64,000 nt of DNA, taken from positions 1 to 64,000 of the IMG/VR virus record IMGVR_UViG_3300034682_000252; one strand, 5' to 3'. Below are positions 37,574-46,510 of the stretch, piece by piece. The number at the start of each line of letters is the position of its first letter. The first letter of the stretch is position 1. The notes beneath the pieces were generated by a model. That model had not been told where the DNA came from, did no database searches, and saw only the letters and a program-made list of their open reading frames with translations. The stretch comes from a virus. Made by a program: the position numbers and the translations under genes.

Positions 37574-37746
37574 TGAATACGTTCTCGATGATCACATCCT
37601 AACGATTTTGCCTGTTTGTAAGTGTGTAAACCAGCGGCGGGCGCCCTCTGGTGATCAACCGGCCACGACTCGAACAATTAGGGCCCGAATATCTCCGGCT
37701 TTCACCCACAATCACCGATTGGCATTTATTGGCTCCAATTTGGACC

Positions 37747-37775
37747 AAAAAAAAGCCACCTTGGTGAGTGGCTTT
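37747..37775 (-). terminator. Terminator upstream of pacA
   Basis: Minus strand AAAGCCAC-8 nt-GTGGC followed by T8. Confidence 0.6.
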
Positions 37776-37914
37776 ACCATAACGGGTCAAACCCCGGGAA
37801 AATTCGGTACTAATGGGTGATTCTGGGAGTTTTTAGGGTTTAAATGGGGACGATTTGCGCCTATTATTGCCGCTGGCAATCATGCCACCCCCCGTCATCA
37901 AGGAGCCCATGACA

Positions 37915-39054
37915 ATGACTAACAAAGCAGCAGTAAGCCCCGCCGAACATCCTAACCCTTTTGTGGCCCTCGTCGCGCTGGACGATGGCAGCGGCAATAT
38001 CGCCTGTTCATTCCACGACGCCAGCGGCACCGTTTACGAGTCTCACCAGCCCTCCCTCATTGAGAAAGGGGCCGCGGCTGGGCTAGGTGCCTCCCACATG
38101 AGCAACAGCATTTGGGAGACAGAGGAAGGCGACCGCTTCACCGTGCGCCGCAATCCGACCAAGCCGCTCACCACCCTGGACCCGGCCTATCAGCTCGGCC
38201 AAGCCAACCGAGTGCTTGCCATTGACACTATGGCGAAAGCTAACCTGGGCGGCGTGGCCTGTGTTGTGGGCTGCACCCTGCCAGTGGAACAGTTCTACAA
38301 CCGCGGGGATGAAGCCCAGCCAGTCAACGTTGAGCGCATCCAGGCCAAGAAAGCCAACCTTATGAAACGGGCGACCAACGTGTACGGCGCTTATGAGCCC
38401 CCGGTCATCCTGTCTGTGAAGGTGTTCCCGGAAGCCTTCCCGGCCTACTACTATTGCGCCAGCAAGACCCGCAAGGATGGCGCCCAGGACTACCCAGAGG
38501 AGCATAAGACCCTGGTCGTTGACCTGGGCGAGTTCACGGCAGACCTGGCCATCATCAGCACCGGTAACGAGTTCGTGGACTTCTCCACTCATGAGCACGG
38601 CGTACACATGATGGTGTCCCACTTCCGCACCCTGCTGGCGCGGGAGCGTCAACGGTTCTACCTGGACGATGTACAGTCCATGTCTGATGCCGACGTGAAA
38701 GCCATCATCACCCGTGGCTATATCGGCGCCACCCTGGAAACGCCGGCCGCCATCGCCGCCCGCATTGACGTCACCCCACTCATCAAGGAGGCGGCTGAAT
38801 ACCTGAATCAGATGCTGCTGGCCGACATTCGCGAGCTGGCGCGAGGTCAGATGAACACCCTAGACCGCATTGTGTTCGTGGGCGGTGGTGCGAACTGGCT
38901 CCGCGAGCAGGCCATGCAGTGGCACCACACCGTTGATATTCCCTCTGAACCCCACATGGCCGTAGTGCGCGGGGTGCAACTGCTGTTGCAGGCGAACGCC
39001 GCAGAGCTGCAGGCCGAAGCAATCTCTCTCCTAGCAGATAAGGCGGTAGCATGA
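37915..39054 (+). CDS. parM: ParM/StbA actin-like partition ATPase
   Basis: LDDGSGNI, TLPVEQFY, FPEA, VVDLGEFTAD, VGGGA. Confidence 0.9.
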   Translation: MTNKAAVSPAEHPNPFVALVALDDGSGNIACSFHDASGTVYESHQPSLIEKGAAAGLGASHMSNSIWETEEGDRFTVRRNPTKPLTTLDPAYQLGQANRVLAIDTMAKANLGGVACVVGCTLPVEQFYNRGDEAQPVNVERIQAKKANLMKRATNVYGAYEPPVILSVKVFPEAFPAYYYCASKTRKDGAQDYPEEHKTLVVDLGEFTADLAIISTGNEFVDFSTHEHGVHMMVSHFRTLLARERQRFYLDDVQSMSDADVKAIITRGYIGATLETPAAIAARIDVTPLIKEAAEYLNQMLLADIRELARGQMNTLDRIVFVGGGANWLREQAMQWHHTVDIPSEPHMAVVRGVQLLLQANAAELQAEAISLLADKAVA

Positions 39055-39458
39055 ACAAACCAGCAAAATACATGCTGACACCAGAGGCCAATAACGTTCA
39101 CGGCCGGTTCGCCAGGCTCTATGAAACTGGCGCCGCTGGAAAAGGCTCGCTGGTTACCCAGTGCGTAGCCGGGGGGATGATGCTCAAGGAGTGCGGCATC
39201 CTGGAAACCATCAACATGCTGGACCAGCACCCGGCCTACCAGGCCGGCACCCCATCGGTGCGGCGGGCCCTGCTCATTAACGAGCTGGTCGCCCTACTGG
39301 GTAACCAGGCGCCGGCCCACCAGCCCACCAGCGACGTTTTGACGGCGCAGCCGGCCGCCCCCGTGGTAGCGCCCTCCCCAGCCCCGCAAACGCCAGCAGC
39401 GAGCGATACAGCGGCCAAGGATCCGCAAAAGCCAGACCTCCCCAGGCTTGGGGTGTAA
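39051..39458 (+). CDS. Putative ParR-like adaptor
   Basis: Small gene coupled downstream of parM, with a disordered C-terminal tail. Confidence 0.6.
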   Translation: MNKPAKYMLTPEANNVHGRFARLYETGAAGKGSLVTQCVAGGMMLKECGILETINMLDQHPAYQAGTPSVRRALLINELVALLGNQAPAHQPTSDVLTAQPAAPVVAPSPAPQTPAASDTAAKDPQKPDLPRLGV

Positions 39459-39483
39459 AAAAGGCGCCTTCGGGCGCCTTTTT
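39458..39483. terminator. Bidirectional terminator
   Basis: AAAAAGGCGCC-TTCG-GGCGCCTTTTT between convergent genes. Confidence 0.9.
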
Positions 39484-39497
39484 CTTTCCTTGTGAGG

Positions 39498-39893
39498 TCA
39501 GCGGCTTTGCTGCTTGTCCCGGATGGCCGCGACGGCCAGCTCCAGCGTCGCGAATGAACCGCGGTTCGTCGAACGGTCCCAGGCTCCCCCATCGAGACAG
39601 CGCACGTCATAGCGCACCCCTTCCGGCCATGCCGACAACCAGCTCGCCCTGTCCTGCTCGGCAGCAAGGAACTGGGGCGCCGGGGTGTAGGTCTGGATGT
39701 AGTGAACCCCCCACCAGTCCTGGACCTCCAGGGGGTCACGCTGCTCGTTCGGAGTGCAATCGAAGTCATCCCGTTGAGCTGGGTTAAGCGGAATGCCTGG
39801 TGCCGCCCAGGTGGTCTGGTTCTGTAGCCGGTGCGCCTCCAGGTAGTCGTCCACCCACTCCCAGCGCCCATCCACTTCTATCTGTCGTCCCAT
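39498..39893 (-). CDS. Hypothetical protein
   Basis: GGAG RBS; last gene of the operon. Confidence 0.7.
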   Translation of the reverse strand: MGRQIEVDGRWEWVDDYLEAHRLQNQTTWAAPGIPLNPAQRDDFDCTPNEQRDPLEVQDWWGVHYIQTYTPAPQFLAAEQDRASWLSAWPEGVRYDVRCLDGGAWDRSTNRGSFATLELAVAAIRDKQQSR

Positions 39894-39896
39894 GCT

Positions 39897-40178
39897 CTAC
39901 TCCTCCCGGCCTGGCTCAGGGCTCAGGCACTCGTTGATTCGACGCGCAAACTCTTGCTCACAGGCCGCCTTGGCATCCTCCAGGTCAGGATAGGGGCCGA
40001 ATGTCGAGTTGTATCCCTCCCAGGGGACTTCATCCACAGTCGGCCAGTCATCGCCCTTCCACCCCTTCCAGGTGATACCGAATCGCCCGAACGGCGTCAT
40101 GGCCTCCACATGGTTGTATCTGCAGCTCTCCGTCGGGGCTGACTCATCAGTCCAGGCAAGCGGCTTCACTCTGACCAT
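39897..40178 (-). CDS. Hypothetical phage protein
   Basis: VKPLAW...LEDAKAACE pattern. Confidence 0.7.
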   Translation of the reverse strand: MVRVKPLAWTDESAPTESCRYNHVEAMTPFGRFGITWKGWKGDDWPTVDEVPWEGYNSTFGPYPDLEDAKAACEQEFARRINECLSPEPGREE

Positions 40179-40276
40179 TCTCTATCTCCCGGGCTTGACT
40201 CTCATACTCGCCAGCCAAGCCGCCTTGTCTATCAAAAAAGGCCAGGCCTGATAATCAAGCCTGGCCCCGTTCGTCA

Positions 40277-40723
40277 TCAGTCCACCAGCACTGGGGGCGG
40301 CGTGAAGGTCGGTGTATTCACGAACCCGCCTATTCCGTCTCGGCGCCGGCCGTCCTGGATAACCTGGATGTAGCCAGGCTTGTACTTGTTCTCAGCCGGC
40401 GAGAAGTAGCCGCCTTCTGGGAGCTCCCATATCTCGCGGACGGAGTACCCCAGATCGACCAGGTACACCCGCTTGTGCGTGACATTGCCGCCCTCGTTGT
40501 TGCTGAATCGGGCAATGTAGCTGGCCGCTACCTGGTGGATCTCTCCGCCGTAACTCCAGCGCCCGCCGAACGAGCTCCCTGATTCGTCCTGATAGCGGAT
40601 CTCCTCCCCTACCTTGAAAGCCTCCTCGGGCACTCCCAGAGCCTCACAGGTAACGGCTTCATGGTGGTGGTCATAGCTGTGACCACACAGGGAGCACAGG
40701 TAAATCTGTTTGATAATCGGCAT
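40277..40723 (-). CDS. Hypothetical protein with N-terminal CxxC
   Basis: YLCSLCG...AVTCE. Confidence 0.7.
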   Translation of the reverse strand: MPIIKQIYLCSLCGHSYDHHHEAVTCEALGVPEEAFKVGEEIRYQDESGSSFGGRWSYGGEIHQVAASYIARFSNNEGGNVTHKRVYLVDLGYSVREIWELPEGGYFSPAENKYKPGYIQVIQDGRRRDGIGGFVNTPTFTPPPVLVD

Positions 40724-40736
40724 GTCTTGTTATCCC

Positions 40737-40901
40737 TTACTCCTCAGTGCCTGGACAGTCGTCAAGGCTGGTTCCCGCATCACCCCTCAGCACCCGGCAA
40801 TCGCACGGGTCAGGGCCTCCTGGGCCCCACTCGAAGTGGCTGCATCCGTCGCACAGGCTGCCCTGCTCGAAGGTGGCTATCACCTGCTCCTCGGGCGCCA
40901 T
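40737..40901 (-). CDS. 54-aa Cys-rich protein
   Basis: MAPEEQVIATFEQGSLCDGCSHFEW...CDC...DCPG; TGATG coupling. Confidence 0.55.
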   Translation of the reverse strand: MAPEEQVIATFEQGSLCDGCSHFEWGPGGPDPCDCRVLRGDAGTSLDDCPGTEE

Positions 40902-41248
40902 CACTTGCACCTCCCAAACTTCTTCTTGAAGAAAATCTCACTGTTGATGGCGCCTATCTCAATCTCAAGGGTCGTCTGCTCATCCATGTCCTTGAAGGTG
41001 TCCCGCTTGCTCTGCTTGTCCAGGGCAGCCCTGGCCACCCTCTCCCTCTGCGCCAGAGAGTCCAGCTTGGCCAACCCCTCCTTGGTCTTGAAATCAAGGC
41101 CTGCCGCCTCAGCGTGAAGCGCCAGCAAATCCCCGAGCGGGTCAGCCGCTCTAATGGCTTTCAGCTTCTCCAGCCGGCGCGATAGGCGGACCTTCTCCGC
41201 CTCCAGGGCATCTACCAGGATTTGATCATTGCTTCTTGGCTCGGTCAT
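40901..41248 (-). CDS. Hypothetical coiled-coil protein
   Basis: Coupled ORF. Confidence 0.7.
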   Translation of the reverse strand: MTEPRSNDQILVDALEAEKVRLSRRLEKLKAIRAADPLGDLLALHAEAAGLDFKTKEGLAKLDSLAQRERVARAALDKQSKRDTFKDMDEQTTLEIEIGAINSEIFFKKKFGRCK

Positions 41249-41491
41249 CTACTCCCCCCAGAACCGGCCAGTGGCCTTGTTGAAGTGCCTGCATATCCCA
41301 TGGAAGGGGCCCCGGGCCGCGCCCCGCTCGATGTAGTGCGTGACCTCCTTCTTGGCTCGCCGGCGATTGCGGTAACAACCGGACGTTGCCGCCATATCCT
41401 GGTCGCCATAGCACACCAGCCACCGGCCTTTGCCGGCTGGGGCAGGGACTATCCCCCACCCCTCAGTCCACCACTCTTTCAACTCGCTCAC
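41249..41491 (-). CDS. Hypothetical protein
   Basis: GTGA overlap. Confidence 0.55.
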   Translation of the reverse strand: MSELKEWWTEGWGIVPAPAGKGRWLVCYGDQDMAATSGCYRNRRRAKKEVTHYIERGAARGPFHGICRHFNKATGRFWGE

Positions 41492-41787
41492 TCCTGCACC
41501 CAATGACCCTGACTGAACGGGACCACCTTCTCCAACTGCTCCTTGACCCCACCAGAGACCTTGAAGGCCTCCCACTCCTGCAGATGCCCAGGGCAATAGT
41601 GAACCTCCGGCGCAACCTCCGCAGCGTGACGCCCGCACAGGGGGCGATCACATGTCTTGCCCTCTCCCACCGGGAAATCACACAGGTAGCCCGACACACC
41701 GCCGCAGCAGGTGCAGGGCTCCCCAAGGTTTCCGCAGAGGTGGCCTATCGGCTTGCCGTTCTTGTCGTGAAGCGCGTAGCACGGCAT
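41488..41787 (-). CDS. Cys-rich Zn-binding protein
   Basis: CTCC, LCDF, TCDRPLC, YCPGH. Confidence 0.7.
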   Translation of the reverse strand: MPCYALHDKNGKPIGHLCGNLGEPCTCCGGVSGYLCDFPVGEGKTCDRPLCGRHAAEVAPEVHYCPGHLQEWEAFKVSGGVKEQLEKVVPFSQGHWVQE

Positions 41788-41996
41788 CAGCCTTGCCCTC
41801 CCCGCTGCCAGGTGATCACATCCCAGGAATGGCTGACCTCGGACCGGTCATCTGCCGTTCGCCAGGAACAATCATCCTCCTCCACATGGATCAGCTCGAA
41901 CTCACGAACCGAACCGGTGAAGCAGTGCTTGAGCTGGCACAGGACCGGCACCTCTGGCGGTGGCATTTCATCCCAGACACTGACCCATTCAGCCAT
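41787..41996 (-). CDS. DUF551-like protein
   Basis: EWVSVWDEMPP...VITWQ. Confidence 0.6.
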   Translation of the reverse strand: MAEWVSVWDEMPPPEVPVLCQLKHCFTGSVREFELIHVEEDDCSWRTADDRSEVSHSWDVITWQRGGQG

Positions 41997-42550
41997 CAAC
42001 CTTTCTCCTCGATGTACTTGCGCAGCCCGTCGCGCACCGCCTGGATGATGCGGCACAGGTACAGATAATCGGAATTGGCCATGGTCGGGGGATCACGAAA
42101 CCACTCCTCGCCGAAGGCGGCCACCATCAACTTGTGGTCGCTGCAATGCGCCTCGCTGATCTCAATCCCCTCGGCACCCTCCCAGAAGGTTCTAGCCAGC
42201 CCCTTGTCCAGCTCTCGAGCGCGGCGCTGGCGCAGGAACTCGACCCGCAAAAGCCTGGTAAGCTCCTCCCCGTTCGCCAGCACTTCGGCCTTGAAGGAAC
42301 TCAGGTTCTTGGCGAGGTAGTGGTCATTCTGGGCTACAAAGAACTCCTCTACGCTGCGACCAGACAGTCCACGCCAACCAGCCGTCCAACTGGTGTCCCA
42401 GCAACGGATGGTGATCTGACCACGCCCAGGCTCCGGGTTATCCAGGTAAACGGTGATCGGGTCCAGGTTATCGAGCCCGGTCAGGCGCAAGGCCGTCACA
42501 TGGGCGGTGGCGACCTCCACCAGCGGCAAATCCTTATTCATGTGTGACAT
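41996..42550 (-). CDS. Conserved phage hypothetical protein
   Basis: LDPITVYLDNPEPGRGQITIRCW...YLCRIIQAV. Confidence 0.75.
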   Translation of the reverse strand: MSHMNKDLPLVEVATAHVTALRLTGLDNLDPITVYLDNPEPGRGQITIRCWDTSWTAGWRGLSGRSVEEFFVAQNDHYLAKNLSSFKAEVLANGEELTRLLRVEFLRQRRARELDKGLARTFWEGAEGIEISEAHCSDHKLMVAAFGEEWFRDPPTMANSDYLYLCRIIQAVRDGLRKYIEEKG

Positions 42551-42552
42551 GA

Positions 42553-42894
42553 TTAACCCTCTTGCTCGTCGGCCGGGGCTAACGCATTGCGGGCCAGTTC
42601 GCTCAGCTCGGCCCAGCCAGGCAAGGCGCGGTGCTGCTGAACCCATCGAGCTATGTCAGCGGCAAACGTGCCGGCCAGAGCGGTGAACCAGGAGGAGCCC
42701 GCATCAATGCCGTTGAGGGCCGCCGTGCGCTCCAGAACCGGCAGCGCGTCGTCCATGAACCATTCCGGGCGCCAGGCCACACTGCCCCACGGAAATTCAG
42801 TACCTGGATACTCCCGGGCCACTGCCTGGAAAACCTCGGCCATCTGGATCAGGGTGCGAACCTGGCGGCGCGTGAATGTCGTTCTATTCGTCAC
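42553..42894 (-). CDS. Hypothetical protein
   Basis: Coupled ORF. Confidence 0.65.
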   Translation of the reverse strand: MTNRTTFTRRQVRTLIQMAEVFQAVAREYPGTEFPWGSVAWRPEWFMDDALPVLERTAALNGIDAGSSWFTALAGTFAADIARWVQQHRALPGWAELSELARNALAPADEQEG

Positions 42895-43274
42895 TTATTC
42901 CTCCTCATTGGCGCTGCCATATCCAAACCGACGGCTGTCCAGTCGGCGCGTAAATTGGCGGCGTCACATGCGAATCCACCAGCAGGCGGCGGAAAGCCCA
43001 TTTCGGTCAGTTCGCGGGTCAGCTTGGCGATCTCCACTTGCAGCTCCCCCAGCCTTTTCAGCATGACGCTATGCTCTCGCTGCTTGTTCTTGAGTGACCG
43101 CTCGACTTTCTCCACCTGGGTAAGCGGGGCGGTCTGGCCGGAACCTTCCCGCACCTCGTAATCGCACTCGGGATCAGCGGGGCAGAACTCGAACCCGGAT
43201 TCGATGTGTTGCCACAGGCCTCGCAGGCAGAAGGGGCAGAAGCGCCCCGACAGCTTATGGGTTTTTGGGTTCAA
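42891..43274 (-). CDS. Zn ribbon + coiled-coil protein
   Basis: CPFC...C...C followed by heptads. Confidence 0.65.
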   Translation of the reverse strand: MNPKTHKLSGRFCPFCLRGLWQHIESGFEFCPADPECDYEVREGSGQTAPLTQVEKVERSLKNKQREHSVMLKRLGELQVEIAKLTRELTEMGFPPPAGGFACDAANLRADWTAVGLDMAAPMRRNK

Positions 43275-43623
43275 AGCCTGCCCTCTCCAAGAATTTCGTC
43301 ACCAGTGCCAGGGCTTGCCGGCGCTCGGCCTGCACTTCCGGGTTGTCCGGGTTGTTGTGCTCGCCCAGGAACGCCAGCGGGGTCTTTTCCAGGGCTCTGG
43401 CTACCCGGCCGTAGTGCTCCTCGCACTGGTACACGGCGCTACGTGTCAGAAAGGGCGTCATTCCCTCCTTCTCGGCCATATGCAGCCGCTCCAGCGCTAT
43501 CCGGTCGAACGTCATCAGATGGTCCATAGCGCACAGTGCCAGGCGGAGATCGTCATAGTCTGGGCGCTCACCAGAGCGGGCCGCCCTGATGATCTCCCCC
43601 AGCGTCTTGCCGGTCGGTGTCAT
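43255..43623 (-). CDS. Hypothetical protein, paralog of 51710-52108
   Basis: LGEII...DDLRLALCAM...SAVYQ...TPLAFLGE. Confidence 0.7.
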   Translation of the reverse strand: MTPTGKTLGEIIRAARSGERPDYDDLRLALCAMDHLMTFDRIALERLHMAEKEGMTPFLTRSAVYQCEEHYGRVARALEKTPLAFLGEHNNPDNPEVQAERRQALALVTKFLERAGFEPKNP

Positions 43624-44072
43624 ATCGGCTCGTCCTCGCCATCATCATCCTCGATGTACCCCTGGGCATTGTTCGCCACCAGCGCAAAGAGCCCATAGAG
43701 CGCCAGGTTTGCCACCAGGGCGTCATCAAGTGCCCGCTTTGCCTTGAGCGGCTGGTGGGCGAACGGGCCCATACCATCGTCGTCATCCATGGAGTGGAGC
43801 ATGTCGCTACACACGTCCAGGGTGTCACTGAACACCTCGCAGCGACTGATCACGGATTGCGGCGCCAGCTCAGGGTCTGCTGCAAGCCCCTCAAGCGCGT
43901 CCTTCATGTTCAGGTTCGTGATCAGCTCCAGGAGAGAATAGCGAGCATGGAACATCGGCGAGTCAGCCTTGCCACCTTCCATCGCCTCCGCCAGGCGCTC
44001 AAGCGTCGGCTGGTCTATGAGGCAGGCGATCCGCTCCACCAGCGGCTCAATGTTCGGGATCTCGTATGTCAT
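43620..44072 (-). CDS. Acidic hypothetical protein
   Basis: Coupled ORF. Confidence 0.7.
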   Translation of the reverse strand: MTYEIPNIEPLVERIACLIDQPTLERLAEAMEGGKADSPMFHARYSLLELITNLNMKDALEGLAADPELAPQSVISRCEVFSDTLDVCSDMLHSMDDDDGMGPFAHQPLKAKRALDDALVANLALYGLFALVANNAQGYIEDDDGEDEPI

Positions 44073-44452
44073 GACAACTTTCCTTCTTGTGCCCGCCCTG
44101 CTGGCGAATGGATGGAGCCGGTCAGGTGGTAACGATTCAACTCCTTGAGCTGCTCAAACAGTGCGCTCCCTCCCGCCTCGAGCCGGTCAGAAAGAAGCAG
44201 CAAGTCGTGATTGATCACGGGGCGCAGCAGCGCCAGATACGCCAGACCCAGCAGAACCAACTGGCGATCCGCCGCCTCCAGCCGGTTCGTGCCGGCACCG
44301 CCTACCTGGTAGCCCCACCAGGCCGACTGAATCACCGAGCTGGTGTAGCAGTCCCCATCAGCGTCACGCCTGAAAAGCTCCTCGGGGGTGCCCATCTGGC
44401 CGTACAGCGACCGCATGATCGCCGATTCAAAATTCTCTCGTTGGTTTGCCAC
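44069..44452 (-). CDS. Hypothetical phage protein
   Basis: RENFE...IQSAWWGYQ. Confidence 0.6.
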   Translation of the reverse strand: MANQRENFESAIMRSLYGQMGTPEELFRRDADGDCYTSSVIQSAWWGYQVGGAGTNRLEAADRQLVLLGLAYLALLRPVINHDLLLLSDRLEAGGSALFEQLKELNRYHLTGSIHSPAGRAQEGKLS

Positions 44453-44454
44453 CC

Positions 44455-44670
44455 CTATTCCCCCTGCTGCTCGCCGGCATCGCACCGGCAGGACTCTATA
44501 TGTACGCTCCAGGTGCCATCGAAACGCGGTTCGACCGTACACCCATCAGCCAGCCACTCCCCCAGGAGTTTGCCCATGTCAGAGCGGCCAGTTCGGCGAG
44601 CATCAAGGGCTGCCACATAGACGCCGCACTGACACAGAGCCACATACCCGTTGGGCTTACGCTTCTTCAT
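44455..44670 (-). CDS. Small Cys-containing protein
   Basis: CQCG...CRC; GGAGG RBS. Confidence 0.55.
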   Translation of the reverse strand: MKKRKPNGYVALCQCGVYVAALDARRTGRSDMGKLLGEWLADGCTVEPRFDGTWSVHIESCRCDAGEQQGE

Positions 44671-44920
44671 CGCAGGCCTCCCGCTTGACCGGTGCCCCAA
44701 CCACGGGGCAGGAACAGCGACCACCAGCGTGACCCTGAATGCTCACATAACCCGTGCCCTGGCACTGGTCACATCCGGGGTGCGCCTGGTTCGGGGTCTC
44801 CCCCTCGAGCTCGCCCAGGATCACCAGCACCTCCGCAGCGGAGATATGGGGGTGCATGTGCCCCATACCCTTGTCCACCAGCTCAAGGCAATGATTCTTC
44901 AACCACGCGAGGCTCCTCAT
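44657..44920 (-). CDS. Small protein with CxxCxGxG
   Basis: CDQCQGTG...CSC. Confidence 0.6.
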   Translation of the reverse strand: MRSLAWLKNHCLELVDKGMGHMHPHISAAEVLVILGELEGETPNQAHPGCDQCQGTGYVSIQGHAGGRCSCPVVGAPVKREACDEEA

Positions 44921-45420
44921 TGGGCCGGCTCCTTCGGCTGCTCCAGCTCCAGCGGCATGAAAATTTCATGAACGACGGGGGCGCTCAGGAATGTGTCCTT
45001 GATGACCACCCGCAACCCCTCGCCCATAGTTCGGAACAAGCCAAAGCTGGCCCAGTTGCAGACATTGCCGGCTGATGTGACCACCCCGCTATTGCAGCGG
45101 TTAGGGTCTGTAGACTCCCCCTTGCAGCACGGGCAACGGAATTTCCGGCTTGGTATGGCCGCCAGGAACTCATCCCGGGTAGCGTAGATAGATACCTCAG
45201 CCAGCTTAGGGAAGTGCGCCTCCTGGTAGTAATTGGCGGCTGAATGGTCCCGAGCCTTCTCCACGGCCACCAGCACGTCGAACTGGGACAGGCTCAAGGC
45301 CTCCGCATACTCGGCCGTGAACTGGCGAATGAACTCCACCACCTTTTCAGTGGTGCTGTCACCGTGACCGCTACAGGCCGCCTTGATCTGCTCCAGGAGC
45401 TCGTTGAATTGCTGTTCCAT
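44917..45420 (-). CDS. Conserved phage protein with CxxC
   Basis: NYYQEAHFP, FRCPCC, CNWASFGLF. Confidence 0.75.
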   Translation of the reverse strand: MEQQFNELLEQIKAACSGHGDSTTEKVVEFIRQFTAEYAEALSLSQFDVLVAVEKARDHSAANYYQEAHFPKLAEVSIYATRDEFLAAIPSRKFRCPCCKGESTDPNRCNSGVVTSAGNVCNWASFGLFRTMGEGLRVVIKDTFLSAPVVHEIFMPLELEQPKEPAQ

Positions 45421-45475
45421 CTGTTTTTCCTTCGCTTCTTGATGCGGGAGCCCGGCAGCAGCCAGGCCCACCTGA

Positions 45476-45985
45476 TTAGTGTGTCAGCCGGGGCAGCAGG
45501 TCTTGCTTGTCCGCCATATCGTAACCATCCTCGCCAGGCAGGCGGCCTTGGGTATCCGGCCAGCGGATTTGCACCAGGCGAACCGACTTACCCGTCCCCC
45601 GGTAGAACTCCAGGGCCTGGACGATGTAAGAATCACGCACCAGTTCAGAGGTGCAATCTACCTCCACCAGGTCAGCCCGATCCCCCTGACCCAGTACCTC
45701 CTTCGTCTCACCTAGGAACACCCCGCGCTCCTGGTACAGCTCCAGCAGCTTGCCGATCATGTATTGCTGCAACCAGGGCGAGACTGGGCCGCTGATGATG
45801 ATTTCCGGCAGCCCCATGCCCGTCAGCCCCACCGTGTAGATAAAGGGGAGCCCTGGTAAATCAGGCGTCGGGTGGACCCTGAACATGGCAAGGCGCCCCT
45901 CGGCCAACCTGGCGGCTATCTCGTCTTGCATCGAATTACTCACAACAAACTCCTCACACTGAAACTGGAACGGGGGGTGCATCAC
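45476..45985 (-). CDS. DUF4262-like protein
   Basis: FIYTVGLT..GLPEIII...QIRWPDTQGRLP. Confidence 0.75.
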   Translation of the reverse strand: MMHPPFQFQCEEFVVSNSMQDEIAARLAEGRLAMFRVHPTPDLPGLPFIYTVGLTGMGLPEIIISGPVSPWLQQYMIGKLLELYQERGVFLGETKEVLGQGDRADLVEVDCTSELVRDSYIVQALEFYRGTGKSVRLVQIRWPDTQGRLPGEDGYDMADKQDLLPRLTH

Positions 45986-46404
45986 CCCTCCATTGGGGTG
46001 GCGGATTGCTCGGTTGACTCAAGGAACCAGCGATAGCCGGCATGGGTGCCCTGCACCCCTTTCAGGCAACGGCAGATGGCGCCGCAATCAAAGCCGCCCA
46101 CGCTCTCGGCCTTCCCGATACTGGGGAACCGGACGCGCTGCTTGGCCTTGTTCTCCCCCACTACCGGCATGGCCCGCCCATCTTGCACGGGCCTGATTTC
46201 ATCCACGTAGAGGCGCCGCCCCAGGCGGTTGCCGTTGTAATACTCAATGCGAACAGTGAACCACTCGCCCCTCTTGATTTCGTTCATGAAGTTGGAGGCC
46301 TCAGTGGTGGTCAAATCAAAAGCCTCCACCACGTCAGCACTCACCGCTCCATTGGGCCGAGCGTGAATCCACTCGGCGATTTGTTGTGTCAGGCTCGAAC
46401 TCAT
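45982..46404 (-). CDS. CaiF/GrlA-like HTH fused to a NUMOD1-like domain
   Basis: IAEWI...VSADVVEAFDLT; FPSIGKAE...ICRCLKG...HAGYRW. Confidence 0.6.
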   Translation of the reverse strand: MSSSLTQQIAEWIHARPNGAVSADVVEAFDLTTTEASNFMNEIKRGEWFTVRIEYYNGNRLGRRLYVDEIRPVQDGRAMPVVGENKAKQRVRFPSIGKAESVGGFDCGAICRCLKGVQGTHAGYRWFLESTEQSATPMEG

Positions 46405-46465
46405 GACGCCCTCTCTGGGTGCTTGTATGGAGCCAATGATGCGGGAACACACCACCCCAAAACAA

Positions 46466-46498
46466 GAAAAATATTCCCATTTTAAGGAAATATTTTCC
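46466..46498 (-). promoter_or_regulatory. Paired operator-like palindromes flanking a TAAAAT -10
   Basis: GAAAAATATTCCC 46466 and GGAAATATTTTCC 46486. Confidence 0.65.
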
Positions 46499-46510
46499 TT
46501 GCTCGTTTAT

